Of a stretch of DNA of 64,000 bases, positions 18,801-27,938 are shown one piece after another. The notes beneath the pieces were generated by a model. It was not told where the DNA came from, searched no databases, and saw only the letters and a list, made by a program, of their open reading frames with translations. Location: the IMG/VR virus record IMGVR_UViG_3300033143_006101, positions 1 to 64,000 of that record. One strand, 5' to 3'. Position 1 is the first letter of the stretch, and every line of letters starts with the position of its first letter. The position numbers and the translations under genes were made by a program.

Positions 18801-20942
18801 CATAATAGTGGGGGTGCCGATGCGTTAAAACTTGATGATTTAGCTACTCCCGATGACAATACAGATCTAAACGCCACAACTTCTGCACATGGTTTATTGA
18901 AAAAACTTGATAATGACGCAACCCATTTTCTTGACGGACAGGGAAACTGGAGCACACCAGACCATGCTAAGTTATTAAACCTTGATTATGTGGGCTCAGA
19001 ACATACAGGGTTTATGCGTGATGCTTATCTAACAACTTCAGATCCTACGGAAGAAAATGATAATGCAGACACGGCTGCCCTGGGTCGGGAGTTTAATGAA
19101 GGTAACGCTTGGGTCAATACCTCTTCGGGTCGGGTGTTTGTTTGTAAAGATGCTTCACTAGGCGAGGCTATATGGTATGAGGTAGGTGCGTATGATATGG
19201 ATATGCTAACTGGTTATACTATGAAATATATTTCAGACGAAGAAGTTGAGATTGCTTTCGGTTACTGTAGAGATAATAATGATACTTGGAATATTGATTC
19301 ACATATTCCTTTGACGATTGATATAACTGACAGCGGGAAAAATGGATTAGATGTTGATAGTGTTACAGCAAACTCATGGTATTTTGTTCATGTTATTAAG
19401 AATCCGACTACCCTGGAAGTGGCTGGACTATTCTCTCTTAGTCAGTACAAGCCAACTCTTCCGAGTGGCTTTACAGTATTTAGAAATATCGGAGCGTTTC
19501 CGACAGATGGAACAAGTGATTTAATAGCAGGCCATACAGTAGGGGAAGGACTGGATAAATATTTTATATATGATATAAGACATGAGATGGCGTATGCTGA
19601 TACTACTGGTTCGTGGGAGGATGTTGATTTAAGCAGTCGTGTTCCTCCTGATGTGCGGCTGGTGGAGTTAGGATTTTCAACTCCGTCTGGTGGAGATGAT
19701 GGAATTTATGTAAGAGAAAAAATATCAGGTCAAGGGTCAACTGATTATCAATTAGATATACAATTATCCGGTGGGCCAGGTGCGTGTACTAGTAGATGTG
19801 GCTGTGATGAAGATCAGATTATTCAGTGGAACTCGTATTGGGGTGGCGGTGCATGGTATCTGTATGTGTTAGGATTTTATATATCGTTAGCTGCGACAAA
19901 ATTTGTAGGTATATATTGGGAAACAAGTGACTTCGATGAAAGTCAGCAGATAGATTTTGATACAACAGCTTCCGGTGCGAATGTATCGGGTAATGTTACA
20001 AACTTCCCAGTATGTGTAAGGATAACAGACACAGATATTTTAGATGCAGTAAGAGATGGTGCTCCTGATATAAGATTTCTTGATAAGGATGGAACAACAT
20101 GGCTGGACTATGAAGTTGAGAAATGGGATAAGGTCGGCGAAGAAGCAGTTGTTTGGGTATTGGTTCCACAGATAGATGGCAATAAAGATGACGATTATAT
20201 CACTATGTATTATGGTAATATTTGGGTACAAGATGGTCAGGATAGCAAGGCTGTGTTTAGTATTGCTAATGGCTTTCTTGGAGTATGGCACATGAATCAA
20301 GATCCATCTGTAGAGGATATACACGACAGTTCTGAAAAAGGAAATGATGGTGTACCTACTGCTAATATGGAAGATTATGATTTGATGGCAGGCCCAATAA
20401 ATAAGTCTATTGATTTTTATGTTGATGGCTCTGAATATATAAATGTAACAGGTTTTGATGAAGATATGACTGATGCGACTTTGAGTGCGTGGGTATATGT
20501 AGATACAGAAGAAGATACGGTCAAGGGCGTGTTGTTCAGCAGAGGTACAGATACTTGCGGATTACACTTGTCAGATGATTCTGGTGATAATAGAGTTTGC
20601 TATCACTGGGATGGGGATGCTGGTGCTTGGGGTTGGCAAGGTGGCGGTATTGTAGATGCAGAGGAATGGAACTTTGTCGCCATGACTATTGATGCAGATG
20701 CGGACGATACAGGGTATGTTGGAAAGAACGACGGTGATTGGGATAGTGCAACAAACTCTATAACTACTGGAACGGTTACTCTGGACGATTTAAGGATAGC
20801 AACGGATGAGGCATCCGCATCCAGAGGGTTCGATGGTAAAATTGCAGAAGTAAGAATTGAGAGTGTTATACGAACAGACGACTGGTTGAAGTTGTGCTAT
20901 ATGAATCAGAAAGCGACTGATAAGTTAATAAGTTTTCCATAA
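15819..20942 (+). CDS. large fibre/receptor-binding protein with His-rich repeats and C-terminal DUF2341-like and LamG-like domains
   Basis: WGTITGTLSDQTDLQ, HxH(E/T)ESDITDL repeats, NFPVCVR...DIRFLDKDG...YEVEKW...ITMYYGN, F(D)GKIAEVRI. Confidence 0.75.
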   Translation: MAIITSKYHQDLNTSCGIHIPHSFEYATSTGRINATGLTAVDVYKLALQKSDDTLWILTNHGPVTWKLLGGATWGTITGTLSDQTDLQDALDDKSDTTHGHTHASTTGKTANDHHNQQHAIDGSDHTGTLDHSEINDDENTKHRIINDADTSVTELWSADKINTELGTKTSTGHTHEESDITDLDHDAQKIKGVIVDDSAKADGKVLTYESSTGEIIYGDVVTTDEKVKASAGDPTTGYLDAKVDNATIEISANKLKVKDSVFSSTGHAHTESDITDLDHYDSSDFSTDFGNADLANLGTKNHSDLNDDEVAQHRIINDSGTSATELWSADKINAELNTKTSTGYVLDQFTDMKEPTGFPNRTDSTISFSDSSPDRTFTIAPAVSTFDYYIKGVKYTKSGAVTRQITDDEGLHFIYFDGETLTSTTTWSDILFTDYAIASIVYWDDDNNLHVYFADERHGITMDGAMHKLWHDIIGCAWEEGLALGNMTVNGSGDVNSHAQFSVSDGEIHDEDLEHEIEDGSPQDLSTIAQIPIMYRSGATGVWRMKAADDFPIIYDGTAGYNPTGGNDRVPYNEWTGSTWQLIEVGSDNDFVLVHYFATNDTEHPIIGIQGQDEYTNLGNAREGATTEINNLVTSGLPTAEFTPIATCIFQTNDDGYTNTPHAKIRSTDTGDDYVDWRGSKLSQSAGTSSHPNLSELGFDESGHNGFQRETYQDTSNPDADHDSADTNAIGIKFRAGDFWENTSTDIVYICLDATATAAIWNAIVDVSTGQTLTNKTLTTPTIGDLTNATHDHTDNAGGGVLNHSDLNDDEATKHRLINDLDTSATELWSSDKINTELGTKTSTGHTHTESDITDLDHDAQKIKGVIVDDSAKADGYGLVYESSTGNIIYSASAGGTDNNAIHDNIAGEISIITAKSSPTGSDKLLIEDAADTNKKKSIDIQNLPLRPLTDAYIWVGIGGVETAVPLAHTHNHATDITNVLPDQHHNEDHQARHNSGGADALKLDDLATPDDNTDLNATTSAHGLLKKLDNDATHFLDGQGNWSTPDHAKLLNLDYVGSEHTGFMRDAYLTTSDPTEENDNADTAALGREFNEGNAWVNTSSGRVFVCKDASLGEAIWYEVGAYDMDMLTGYTMKYISDEEVEIAFGYCRDNNDTWNIDSHIPLTIDITDSGKNGLDVDSVTANSWYFVHVIKNPTTLEVAGLFSLSQYKPTLPSGFTVFRNIGAFPTDGTSDLIAGHTVGEGLDKYFIYDIRHEMAYADTTGSWEDVDLSSRVPPDVRLVELGFSTPSGGDDGIYVREKISGQGSTDYQLDIQLSGGPGACTSRCGCDEDQIIQWNSYWGGGAWYLYVLGFYISLAATKFVGIYWETSDFDESQQIDFDTTASGANVSGNVTNFPVCVRITDTDILDAVRDGAPDIRFLDKDGTTWLDYEVEKWDKVGEEAVVWVLVPQIDGNKDDDYITMYYGNIWVQDGQDSKAVFSIANGFLGVWHMNQDPSVEDIHDSSEKGNDGVPTANMEDYDLMAGPINKSIDFYVDGSEYINVTGFDEDMTDATLSAWVYVDTEEDTVKGVLFSRGTDTCGLHLSDDSGDNRVCYHWDGDAGAWGWQGGGIVDAEEWNFVAMTIDADADDTGYVGKNDGDWDSATNSITTGTVTLDDLRIATDEASASRGFDGKIAEVRIESVIRTDDWLKLCYMNQKATDKLISFP
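16210..18491 (+). repeat. diverged internal duplication of an ~88-aa module (~16210-16473 and ~18229-18491; partial copy ~16724-16851)
   Basis: TELWSxDKINTELGTKTSTGHTHxESDITDLDHDAQKIKGVIVDDSAKADG...YESSTG in both full copies. Confidence 0.85.
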
Positions 20943-20951
20943 GAGGTTAAA

Positions 20952-21479
20952 ATGAGCAAGATACCATATCAAATATTAGTAGAGTCATCGACAGGAAAAG
21001 TTCTATCAGCTGGGTATACCAGACTTAGAGCTGGTGAAGGACAGACAAGGTATAAAAATGAGCAGTTACCTGCTGGAGCAAATCTAGCAAATGAGACTTG
21101 GTATCGAACAAGTACAGGTTATGAGACTAATACATTAGTTACAAATAAAGCAAATAGAATAAAAGAAATTGATGAAAAAACTAAAGAGCTGATTGAACAA
21201 GGGTTCGCGTTTGATGGGCACATATTTAGTTTGTCTTTGGAAGCACAAAAAAACTTCCTAGCTTTAAAAACTGTGTCTGCTTTGATGTCCTGGCCAAAAG
21301 CATTGACTACAAAATGTGATATGGAGTATCTGTTAGCAGAAGAAGATTTAGATGCTTGTATAGGAACAGGGCTTGCTGTTGTAAATGGCTATCTTGATTC
21401 TGGTAGAGCTTTAAAAATAAGTACTAATGCTGCTACAACACAGGAAGAGCTTGACGCTATTGTAGATAATAGAACATAA
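20952..21479 (+). CDS. DUF4376-like tail fibre assembly/associated protein
   Basis: Follows the fibre gene; GFAFDGHIFSL...C-terminal AATTQEELDAI. Confidence 0.6.
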   Translation: MSKIPYQILVESSTGKVLSAGYTRLRAGEGQTRYKNEQLPAGANLANETWYRTSTGYETNTLVTNKANRIKEIDEKTKELIEQGFAFDGHIFSLSLEAQKNFLALKTVSALMSWPKALTTKCDMEYLLAEEDLDACIGTGLAVVNGYLDSGRALKISTNAATTQEELDAIVDNRT

Positions 21480-21488
21480 AGAGGGGCT

Positions 21489-22223
21489 ATGAAAAAGTTG
21501 ATATTTGTAATACTGCTAATAGTACTATCTAGTAGTACTTATGCAGAAAGTAATCCATTTCAATTATATAAGCCTAATTATATAATAGCTGGTAATCAAG
21601 ATGATCAGGTAAAAGGACAGGTATCTTTTAAATATGCTTTAATATATCCTGAGAATATAGGGTTATATTTTGGTTATTCCCAATTAATGTTTTGGGATGC
21701 ATATAAAACATCGTCTCCTTTCAGAGATATTAATTTTAACCCGGAATGTTTTTGGTTTCATCAATTTAATTATGGCATGCTAGATAATATACAAGTTGGT
21801 CTTATTGAACATAAATCTAATGGTAGAGATGGTGAAGAATCCAAGGGATGGAATAGAAGTTATTTACGATCCCAGATTAGTTATGGTACTAGAATAAACA
21901 TAGGATTTATTGGCGAAGTTTTTTATTTATATGGATTAAGTAGTAACAATGAAGATATTGGTGAATATATAGGTTTCTATGAAGCAGAATTATTTATAAA
22001 ATTCAAAAAAAGAAGAACAAATTGGACTAGTAGAGAATCTATATATATTCGTGGTGGATCTAGTTTATCTAAAGGTTGGGTTGAAGGTGGTATCAAATTT
22101 AGATTAGTATCATATAAAATTCAACCTAATTTGTATTTACAAGTATTTCATGGTTATGCAGAAAGTTTATTAGAATATGATGAGAAAGAAACAGCTATTC
22201 GTCTTGGTGTAACTATGGAATAA
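21489..22223 (+). CDS. pldA: outer membrane phospholipase A (OMPLA)
   Basis: Signal peptide; YKPNY, KGQVSFK, YFGYSQ, SSPFRDINFNPE, catalytic HKSNG, WNR, GYAESLLEY. Confidence 0.9.
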   Translation: MKKLIFVILLIVLSSSTYAESNPFQLYKPNYIIAGNQDDQVKGQVSFKYALIYPENIGLYFGYSQLMFWDAYKTSSPFRDINFNPECFWFHQFNYGMLDNIQVGLIEHKSNGRDGEESKGWNRSYLRSQISYGTRINIGFIGEVFYLYGLSSNNEDIGEYIGFYEAELFIKFKKRRTNWTSRESIYIRGGSSLSKGWVEGGIKFRLVSYKIQPNLYLQVFHGYAESLLEYDEKETAIRLGVTME

Positions 22224-22245
22224 TAGCTATGGATCCATAGTTAAG

Positions 22246-22284
22246 TTAAAAAGCCCTAAAGATACCTTCTTTAGGGCTTTTTAA
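22246..22284 (+). terminator. rho-independent terminator (potentially bidirectional)
   Basis: AAAAAGCCCTAAAGA-TACCT-TCTTTAGGGCTTTTT. Confidence 0.85.
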
Positions 22285-22332
22285 TAGATTTAAAAAATTA
22301 AGCATTTCCTTTACAATTTTGTACTTCAATCA

Positions 22333-22359
22333 CCTTAAAAAACTTCAAAAAATCACTAT
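22333..22359 (+). promoter_or_regulatory. putative phage late promoter CCTTAAA-N16-CTAT
   Basis: Exact motif copy after the terminator. Confidence 0.65.
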
Positions 22360-22420
22360 ATTTTTTCTAACGCATTAATAATTACAATCAGATGAATTAA
22401 TTTTTAGGAGGAGAAAATCC

Positions 22421-22933
22421 ATGGCTGATTATAAAGGTGTTATAAGATTTATCGGAGAAAACAACGACTTCGCTTTAGTTGAGGAAACTCGTATTTATCA
22501 AAATAATATTGATACAAGTACAGGAATTGGAACAGGAGATGGGTCTGAAAGAACGTTCTCTGGATCATTAGAACCAGTTGTAGAAGAAGGCGAACTCGTA
22601 ATTAACGTAGATGGTGCAGCACAAAATGCTTCTGATTCTGGTGGAGTTATTTCTGGTAGTGATATCACAACTTCATCAGGATATGTCAGTGCTATTGATT
22701 ATGCTTCTGGTGCAATTCAACTTACTTTCACTGTTGCAGCAACACCACCAGCAGATAAAGCAGTAGATGCAGTATATCAATATAGTGCACCTTCAGAATT
22801 TCCAGAAGGATTAAAGTTTATAAAAGGTGACTTTTCAAACTTTAGTGTTGGGGATTCTATAGGTTACGATTACGATGTCGATGCAGACCTTAAAGATGGT
22901 TATTATATATCAGAAGCTTATATAGAAGCTTAG
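22421..22933 (+). CDS. putative virion decoration protein (beta-sandwich)
   Basis: GTGDGSERTFSG...IDYASGAIQLTF...P...YQY pattern; strong Shine-Dalgarno; TSTG and TSSG. Confidence 0.5.
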   Translation: MADYKGVIRFIGENNDFALVEETRIYQNNIDTSTGIGTGDGSERTFSGSLEPVVEEGELVINVDGAAQNASDSGGVISGSDITTSSGYVSAIDYASGAIQLTFTVAATPPADKAVDAVYQYSAPSEFPEGLKFIKGDFSNFSVGDSIGYDYDVDADLKDGYYISEAYIEA

Positions 22934-22971
22934 AATAATCTAAAAGGAATTTTATAGTAAGGAAATTAAAT

Positions 22972-23901
22972 ATGCCTGCAGAAAAAACGAAAGAACAAGA
23001 TAAGCACACAAAAGATTATTTTGATCAATTAGGCTGGGATATTGAGAAGCAATTGAAACAAGCACGTTTGCTTAAAGAAGCTCAATTGCCTTCTATAAAA
23101 ATACCGAACATAGAAGAGTCTGAAGAAGATGAAAATGATAAAAAACCACCTATTGTTCCAAAATTGGAAGCTGGCATAGTCCTTCCTGACGTAGAAGATA
23201 ATATAGGGGATGAGGAACAACTTGTTACTGATTTAGAAGCAATTAAAGATTCACTAACAGAAATTGAATTTAATGAGAAAGTGGAACAGATTAAAGAAGA
23301 TATGCGTGATGAATTTGAACAAGTTACAAAAGATCTCCAGAAAGAATTAGATAATCTTAAGGATAGAAAAATACCAGAAATAAAGAATTTTGATAGTGGT
23401 GGCGTATATAGAGAAGCAATTTTTGATATTGTAACTCGTGTCTTAGATGAAATTTTAGTAAATCTATTTGATGATGTTCCTGATTATTCTTTAATTGCTA
23501 ATCAGGTTAGTAGAACATTTGAAGATGGGACTGTATCAGATGCTGTTGTTGCTGTTGCAGTTACTGTTCCTAATGAAGGATATCGATATGATTTTAAAAT
23601 CGATGTTCCAATTCTGAATGGTATTGTTCATTATCCTACGTATATACAAAGAGGACTTAAAGTAATACCTCTTACTAAAGAAAAGATAATGGAAGAGCTT
23701 GATTCAACAGCATTTAGAAAAATAGATATTGAGGAACCCTATGGTAAACGTAGTATTTATAATAATACTGAAGATAATGTACATAAGAAACCAGATAATC
23801 AAAAATGGTATGACATTTATGGCACAAAACCTATACCTTCCGCTATTCCGGAAAAGTCTAAATGGGATCCTAAAATAAATAAAAGGAGACAGTTAACATG
23901 A
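22972..23901 (+). CDS. hypothetical acidic coiled-coil protein (head region)
   Basis: Long ORF in the late operon. Confidence 0.5.
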   Translation: MPAEKTKEQDKHTKDYFDQLGWDIEKQLKQARLLKEAQLPSIKIPNIEESEEDENDKKPPIVPKLEAGIVLPDVEDNIGDEEQLVTDLEAIKDSLTEIEFNEKVEQIKEDMRDEFEQVTKDLQKELDNLKDRKIPEIKNFDSGGVYREAIFDIVTRVLDEILVNLFDDVPDYSLIANQVSRTFEDGTVSDAVVAVAVTVPNEGYRYDFKIDVPILNGIVHYPTYIQRGLKVIPLTKEKIMEELDSTAFRKIDIEEPYGKRSIYNNTEDNVHKKPDNQKWYDIYGTKPIPSAIPEKSKWDPKINKRRQLT

Positions 23902-24155
23902 GCAATACACCAATAGATGACAATGATATATTTACAACAAGAGATCTAGTTTTAGCAACTTATCTCAAAATCAATAGTATTAAATTAGCTGGTGGGTATG
24001 ACAAACTTTCTAAATCATGGTCTTTTTATGATCCAGCTACTTGTGAGGAGTTGTCATTAGAATTACGTAATGGGAATTCGAAAGTTGAAGTATTAAAATA
24101 CGAATCAGAAAGAAGAAGTTTATTAGGTATGGTACATGACAAGAAGAATCAATAA
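23898..24155 (+). CDS. hypothetical protein (DUF5659-like)
   Basis: FTTRDLVLATYL N-terminal pattern. Confidence 0.45.
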   Translation: MSNTPIDDNDIFTTRDLVLATYLKINSIKLAGGYDKLSKSWSFYDPATCEELSLELRNGNSKVEVLKYESERRSLLGMVHDKKNQ

Positions 24156-24379
24156 TGGAAAATAAAATAAGTAAAGAAGATGCGTTTATACATTTACTTA
24201 TTGCAGTTGATACAAGATTAGAAGATATCAAAAACATTCTTACTGAAATCAACACTAATTTAATAATATTAATAGAAAAAACAAATGTTATTATTGATAA
24301 AACTAACAAATCACAAGACACAAAAAATTTTGATGTAAAGGATAAGGTACTAAGATGGCTAAAACTTACCAAAAATTAA
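24155..24379 (+). CDS. hypothetical coiled-coil protein
   Basis: Translationally coupled ORF. Confidence 0.45.
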   Translation: MENKISKEDAFIHLLIAVDTRLEDIKNILTEINTNLIILIEKTNVIIDKTNKSQDTKNFDVKDKVLRWLKLTKN

Positions 24380-24534
24380 TTAATTGTAGATGTAGAATAA
24401 CAAAAGAATTGTACAACAAATTTTTATTAAAAATCAGAAATGAAGGTTGGACAATACAACAAGCCATAGCAACTCTAATTTTAGAGTTTACTAATGGCAA
24501 CCTTGATATTGAGGTACCAGATGGCAACGTGTAA
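24355..24534 (+). CDS. putative ribbon-helix-helix DNA-binding protein (59 aa, not in track)
   Basis: MAKTYQKLINCRCRITKELYNKFLLKIRNEGWTIQQAIATLILEFT: strand-helix-G-helix pattern. Confidence 0.5.
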   Translation: MAKTYQKLINCRCRITKELYNKFLLKIRNEGWTIQQAIATLILEFTNGNLDIEVPDGNV

Positions 24535-24856
24535 TATCGTTGGAAAACTTATAAATGGATCCGGAGAAGAGGTTGATGGAATATTTGTACATGCAGTTTG
24601 TGCTGATTCTCCAGCTATTATACAAAATACTAGTACCGGTATAATTCCAGAGAATATTAGAGAACTAACAACTAGTACTGGTATATTTGAATTAACATTA
24701 GTTAGAAATGTAAATTATATAGTTCATATCCCTGAAATGGGATTTAAAAAAACCATACTTGTACCAGATGAAGCGGGTCCTGTTAATTTATGGGGATTAA
24801 CAGATATTCTTGTAAGTGGGGATCCTACACCAACTGATACAGGTGATGATTGGTAA
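24521..24856 (+). CDS. putative virion protein, prealbumin/Ig-like fold (two TSTG)
   Basis: Start MATCNIVG after GAGGT; TTSTGIFELTLVRN. Confidence 0.55.
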   Translation: MATCNIVGKLINGSGEEVDGIFVHAVCADSPAIIQNTSTGIIPENIRELTTSTGIFELTLVRNVNYIVHIPEMGFKKTILVPDEAGPVNLWGLTDILVSGDPTPTDTGDDW

Positions 24857-25728
24857 TGAATTTTTTAAAAGTAGCTAATATAGATGAACTGATTAAAAAA
24901 GCTGATGCAGTTGCTCAGGCTAAAGACCAATTATTGCAACATTTAGATACTATGGGCGAAAACATTGCAAATGTTGCAAGTATGAATGAGAAGCAACCAT
25001 TAGATGGAGCTGCAATAGAAAGTGTTTATAAAGTATCAGAATTTTTAAATGCTTTGCGAGATGAAATTTCTGCAGCAGAAATAAATACTCTATTACCAGC
25101 AGCAATTAATGCATTAGTAAATAATATTGATCACGAATTAAATGTTTTAGAAGGTTATTCAAATACATTAATAGATTCGTATTTAAATGCTATAACATTA
25201 ATCTTTGCAAATCAGTTCAAACCAGCATTAGCAGGATTTTTTGTTTCTGCTGATGAGGCCGGAGAAACACAAAGATTGTTAACTTATACCGATACGAATG
25301 AGGATATTTGGGATGTTCTTTATACACTAGATGAAAATAGTAATCCGTCTCTTTATTTAGGTAGAAATTTAACAGAAAGAAATCAGAAGTTATTTGATAC
25401 TTATGATGTGAGAGATACAAATATGAAATTTAATACGATGAAAGCTTTAGGAGAATTTGTTGAACTCATACTTACAAGAGCCAGCACTGTAGAGAAAAGA
25501 AAAATAAGAAAGAAAATTAATAAAACACTTAAGGATATAGAAAATATTGCAATTTATAGAATAAACGATTACCGAGATATTGATAAAAAATCTGAAGAAG
25601 AAACATTAAAGACACTTATTATATTTTTAAATGATTTCATAGATGCACCTGAATATGAGGAACAAAGAGAACAGATAAGGAAGAAGATACCTGAATATGC
25701 AAGAAAGTTAATCCAGAGTTATTATTAG
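24850..25728 (+). CDS. hypothetical protein
   Basis: Long ORF in the late operon. Confidence 0.55.
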   Translation: MVMNFLKVANIDELIKKADAVAQAKDQLLQHLDTMGENIANVASMNEKQPLDGAAIESVYKVSEFLNALRDEISAAEINTLLPAAINALVNNIDHELNVLEGYSNTLIDSYLNAITLIFANQFKPALAGFFVSADEAGETQRLLTYTDTNEDIWDVLYTLDENSNPSLYLGRNLTERNQKLFDTYDVRDTNMKFNTMKALGEFVELILTRASTVEKRKIRKKINKTLKDIENIAIYRINDYRDIDKKSEEETLKTLIIFLNDFIDAPEYEEQREQIRKKIPEYARKLIQSYY

Positions 25729-25729
25729 A

Positions 25730-25855
25730 ATGGGATCAAAACCAAAAAATATATTTATGAATGTAAAAATAATAATTTTAGTTTTATTTCTTGGTTTAAT
25801 ATACCTTTTTTCTACAGTTTCAACTTGGATACAGAAGAAGCGAGGAAAAAATTAG
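25730..25855 (+). CDS. small single-TM protein (41 aa, not in track)
   Basis: MGSKPK...IIILVLFLGLIYLFSTV...KKRGKN; fills the intergenic gap exactly. Confidence 0.4.
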   Translation: MGSKPKNIFMNVKIIILVLFLGLIYLFSTVSTWIQKKRGKN

Positions 25856-26923
25856 ATGAGATGGACGAGTCCTTTTAGATTTCCAAATATTAGAACTACC
25901 ATAGATAAGTATGGTTTATATAAACGTACTTTAATGATGCTCCGTACTAAAATGGCTGGAGCAGGAAGTCCATGCATTTATTGGAGAAACACAGCAGTAA
26001 CTTTTTATGGTACGAATCCAGAAAATGAAACGAGATGTTACTGTTGGCAAAAAGGAGATGGGGATAACCCTGCAGGAGATGTAAGTCAACCTAGAAGAAA
26101 TCATGCTCTTTGTATGGGAACTGGATATTTAAAAGGTTATCAAAGATATGGTTATGAAGAAAAAGTTATTTCAACTCCTAATGATAAAGAGATAACTTTT
26201 TCATCTTCCAAAATTATTGTAGGAAAGGATGATAGTGGAGAACCAGATAGGTTTGTTATATCAGGCACTACGCAATCAGAATATATTGAGACTCCAAACA
26301 TTGAATTAACAAATTTTGTGAGTGTTGATCGCTTTCTTGCAAAAGAAAAAACAGATAAAGATGAGAATAGAATTAAATATTTTTATAGTACTAATGATGG
26401 AACTGATTGGCCTGATTATACTGAAATAGACATGATTGACTATACCGAAACTAAATTAGGTAATCAACAATCTACAGGATTTAGTTTAGATCAAGGTGCT
26501 ACACAAATTAAATTTAGAATGAGATTTGATAAAAGAAAAGCTACTTCACCATCACCTAGTCTAAATTCTATTCGTTTTCGATATCAAAATCATATTAGTT
26601 TATCAGCAATAGATGCCAGGTTTGATATTAATGAACCTGCATTTTTAGCATCTCGAGAAGCTCCTAAAGAGAAAGTTGTACAAGCCGAGCATGGTTGGAA
26701 AACAACAAAACCTCTATCATGGTGGACGCTTCCGGAAGTTAACATAGAAGAAACTGATATTATAATGTTTCTACAAGGTGAATTTGCAAATGAAAAGTAT
26801 GAAGTGCAAGAATTAACTAAGCATACTTACGGACCTGATTTATTAAGTTTACATAGAAGCTTTGAATCAGCGTTTTTAAGAGATAATTTAGACGTTATTC
26901 GGATAATAGATTTACTTAACTAG
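25856..26923 (+). CDS. putative neck/head-closure protein with inserted domain
   Basis: RCYCW...CMGTGYLKGY zinc-like motif; position upstream of terminator and sheath. Confidence 0.5.
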   Translation: MRWTSPFRFPNIRTTIDKYGLYKRTLMMLRTKMAGAGSPCIYWRNTAVTFYGTNPENETRCYCWQKGDGDNPAGDVSQPRRNHALCMGTGYLKGYQRYGYEEKVISTPNDKEITFSSSKIIVGKDDSGEPDRFVISGTTQSEYIETPNIELTNFVSVDRFLAKEKTDKDENRIKYFYSTNDGTDWPDYTEIDMIDYTETKLGNQQSTGFSLDQGATQIKFRMRFDKRKATSPSPSLNSIRFRYQNHISLSAIDARFDINEPAFLASREAPKEKVVQAEHGWKTTKPLSWWTLPEVNIEETDIIMFLQGEFANEKYEVQELTKHTYGPDLLSLHRSFESAFLRDNLDVIRIIDLLN

Positions 26924-26932
26924 GAGGAAATT

Positions 26933-27649
26933 ATGAATAAAAAGGCATTTTTGGATGAAGTAACTGTAGGAGCAATCGCGGATGCTTTAGCAGAAACTGG
27001 CGGTATTTTGGATCCAACGAATCCAACAGCAATGGCAGAAGCAATAGGAATGGCAATAGATGTTGCACAAATAGACGAAGCAGGAAAAGAGGGGATTAAA
27101 AGTTTAGCAGCCGACCCAGCTTTACAACAACAGATAATGGACACAGCACAACAACGCCAATCTTCTGAGAACCCTGCTCAATTACGTTCCGGGATTAGAG
27201 AAACTCTATATTCTTTAAATAATATCTATGCTAAAGAAGGCTTCGATGTACTTAGAGCTCTTAGAGTTTGGAAAGAAGCACGTTTGAATCCAGCAATGAT
27301 CAGAGATCAAATTAGAGATGATGTTGGACATAATGTTTCTTTAGCTGAAGCAAAAGCTCTGTATAAAATAGGTTCTGAATTACAATCAGGAATAACTTAT
27401 GAGTTCGGTAAAGAACAAGATACAAATGTAATGCAACAAATGAATGCACATAGAGTAATGAAATTTACTCCGAATGTAAGGGCTTCCGTTGAAAAAATAG
27501 GACAAAATTTATATAGAACTAAACGAGCTAATGTTCTATGGAAAATTGATATGAAAGATAATGACGATGGCAGTCAAATTCCTTATTTAGTAAGAGTAGA
27601 TTCTGTATCAGCAAATGATGGAGATGAGAATGTCAAAGAGGGGCTGTAA
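26933..27649 (+). CDS. hypothetical virion-region protein
   Basis: Strong Shine-Dalgarno; ORF in operon. Confidence 0.55.
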   Translation: MNKKAFLDEVTVGAIADALAETGGILDPTNPTAMAEAIGMAIDVAQIDEAGKEGIKSLAADPALQQQIMDTAQQRQSSENPAQLRSGIRETLYSLNNIYAKEGFDVLRALRVWKEARLNPAMIRDQIRDDVGHNVSLAEAKALYKIGSELQSGITYEFGKEQDTNVMQQMNAHRVMKFTPNVRASVEKIGQNLYRTKRANVLWKIDMKDNDDGSQIPYLVRVDSVSANDGDENVKEGL

Positions 27650-27938
27650 TTTAATAGATCGGCTTGAGCAGTATAAAAAGGCAATAAGTAAGACTTTCGA
27701 CGAATGGCAGAAGCAAGCGGAAATAGAAGTACTGCTCGATAGTATTATAGTAGCTGATGAATCAAATGTATCTGTATATCCTTCTAATTGCCCGGGTAAA
27801 GGAAGAGCATCAGATATACTTATTGATAAAGATGGTAAACCTGCATGCATGTTTAAAAGTAAACAATGTAAATACTTTGCAGGCAGTATGTTTAGATTAG
27901 TGGATTATACCAAAAAAATTATGTGTAAGGTAATGTAA
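27615..27938 (+). CDS. hypothetical Cys-containing protein
   Basis: ORF abutting the next gene. Confidence 0.5.
   Translation: MMEMRMSKRGCNLIDRLEQYKKAISKTFDEWQKQAEIEVLLDSIIVADESNVSVYPSNCPGKGRASDILIDKDGKPACMFKSKQCKYFAGSMFRLVDYTKKIMCKVM

Noticed and set aside
9916-22243. Identical 15-mer ATGGATCCATAGTTA at 9916 and 22229 as att-like sites
   Set aside because: One copy is inside rfaE1, the core is the enriched GGATCC, and no integrase is present; likely chance.
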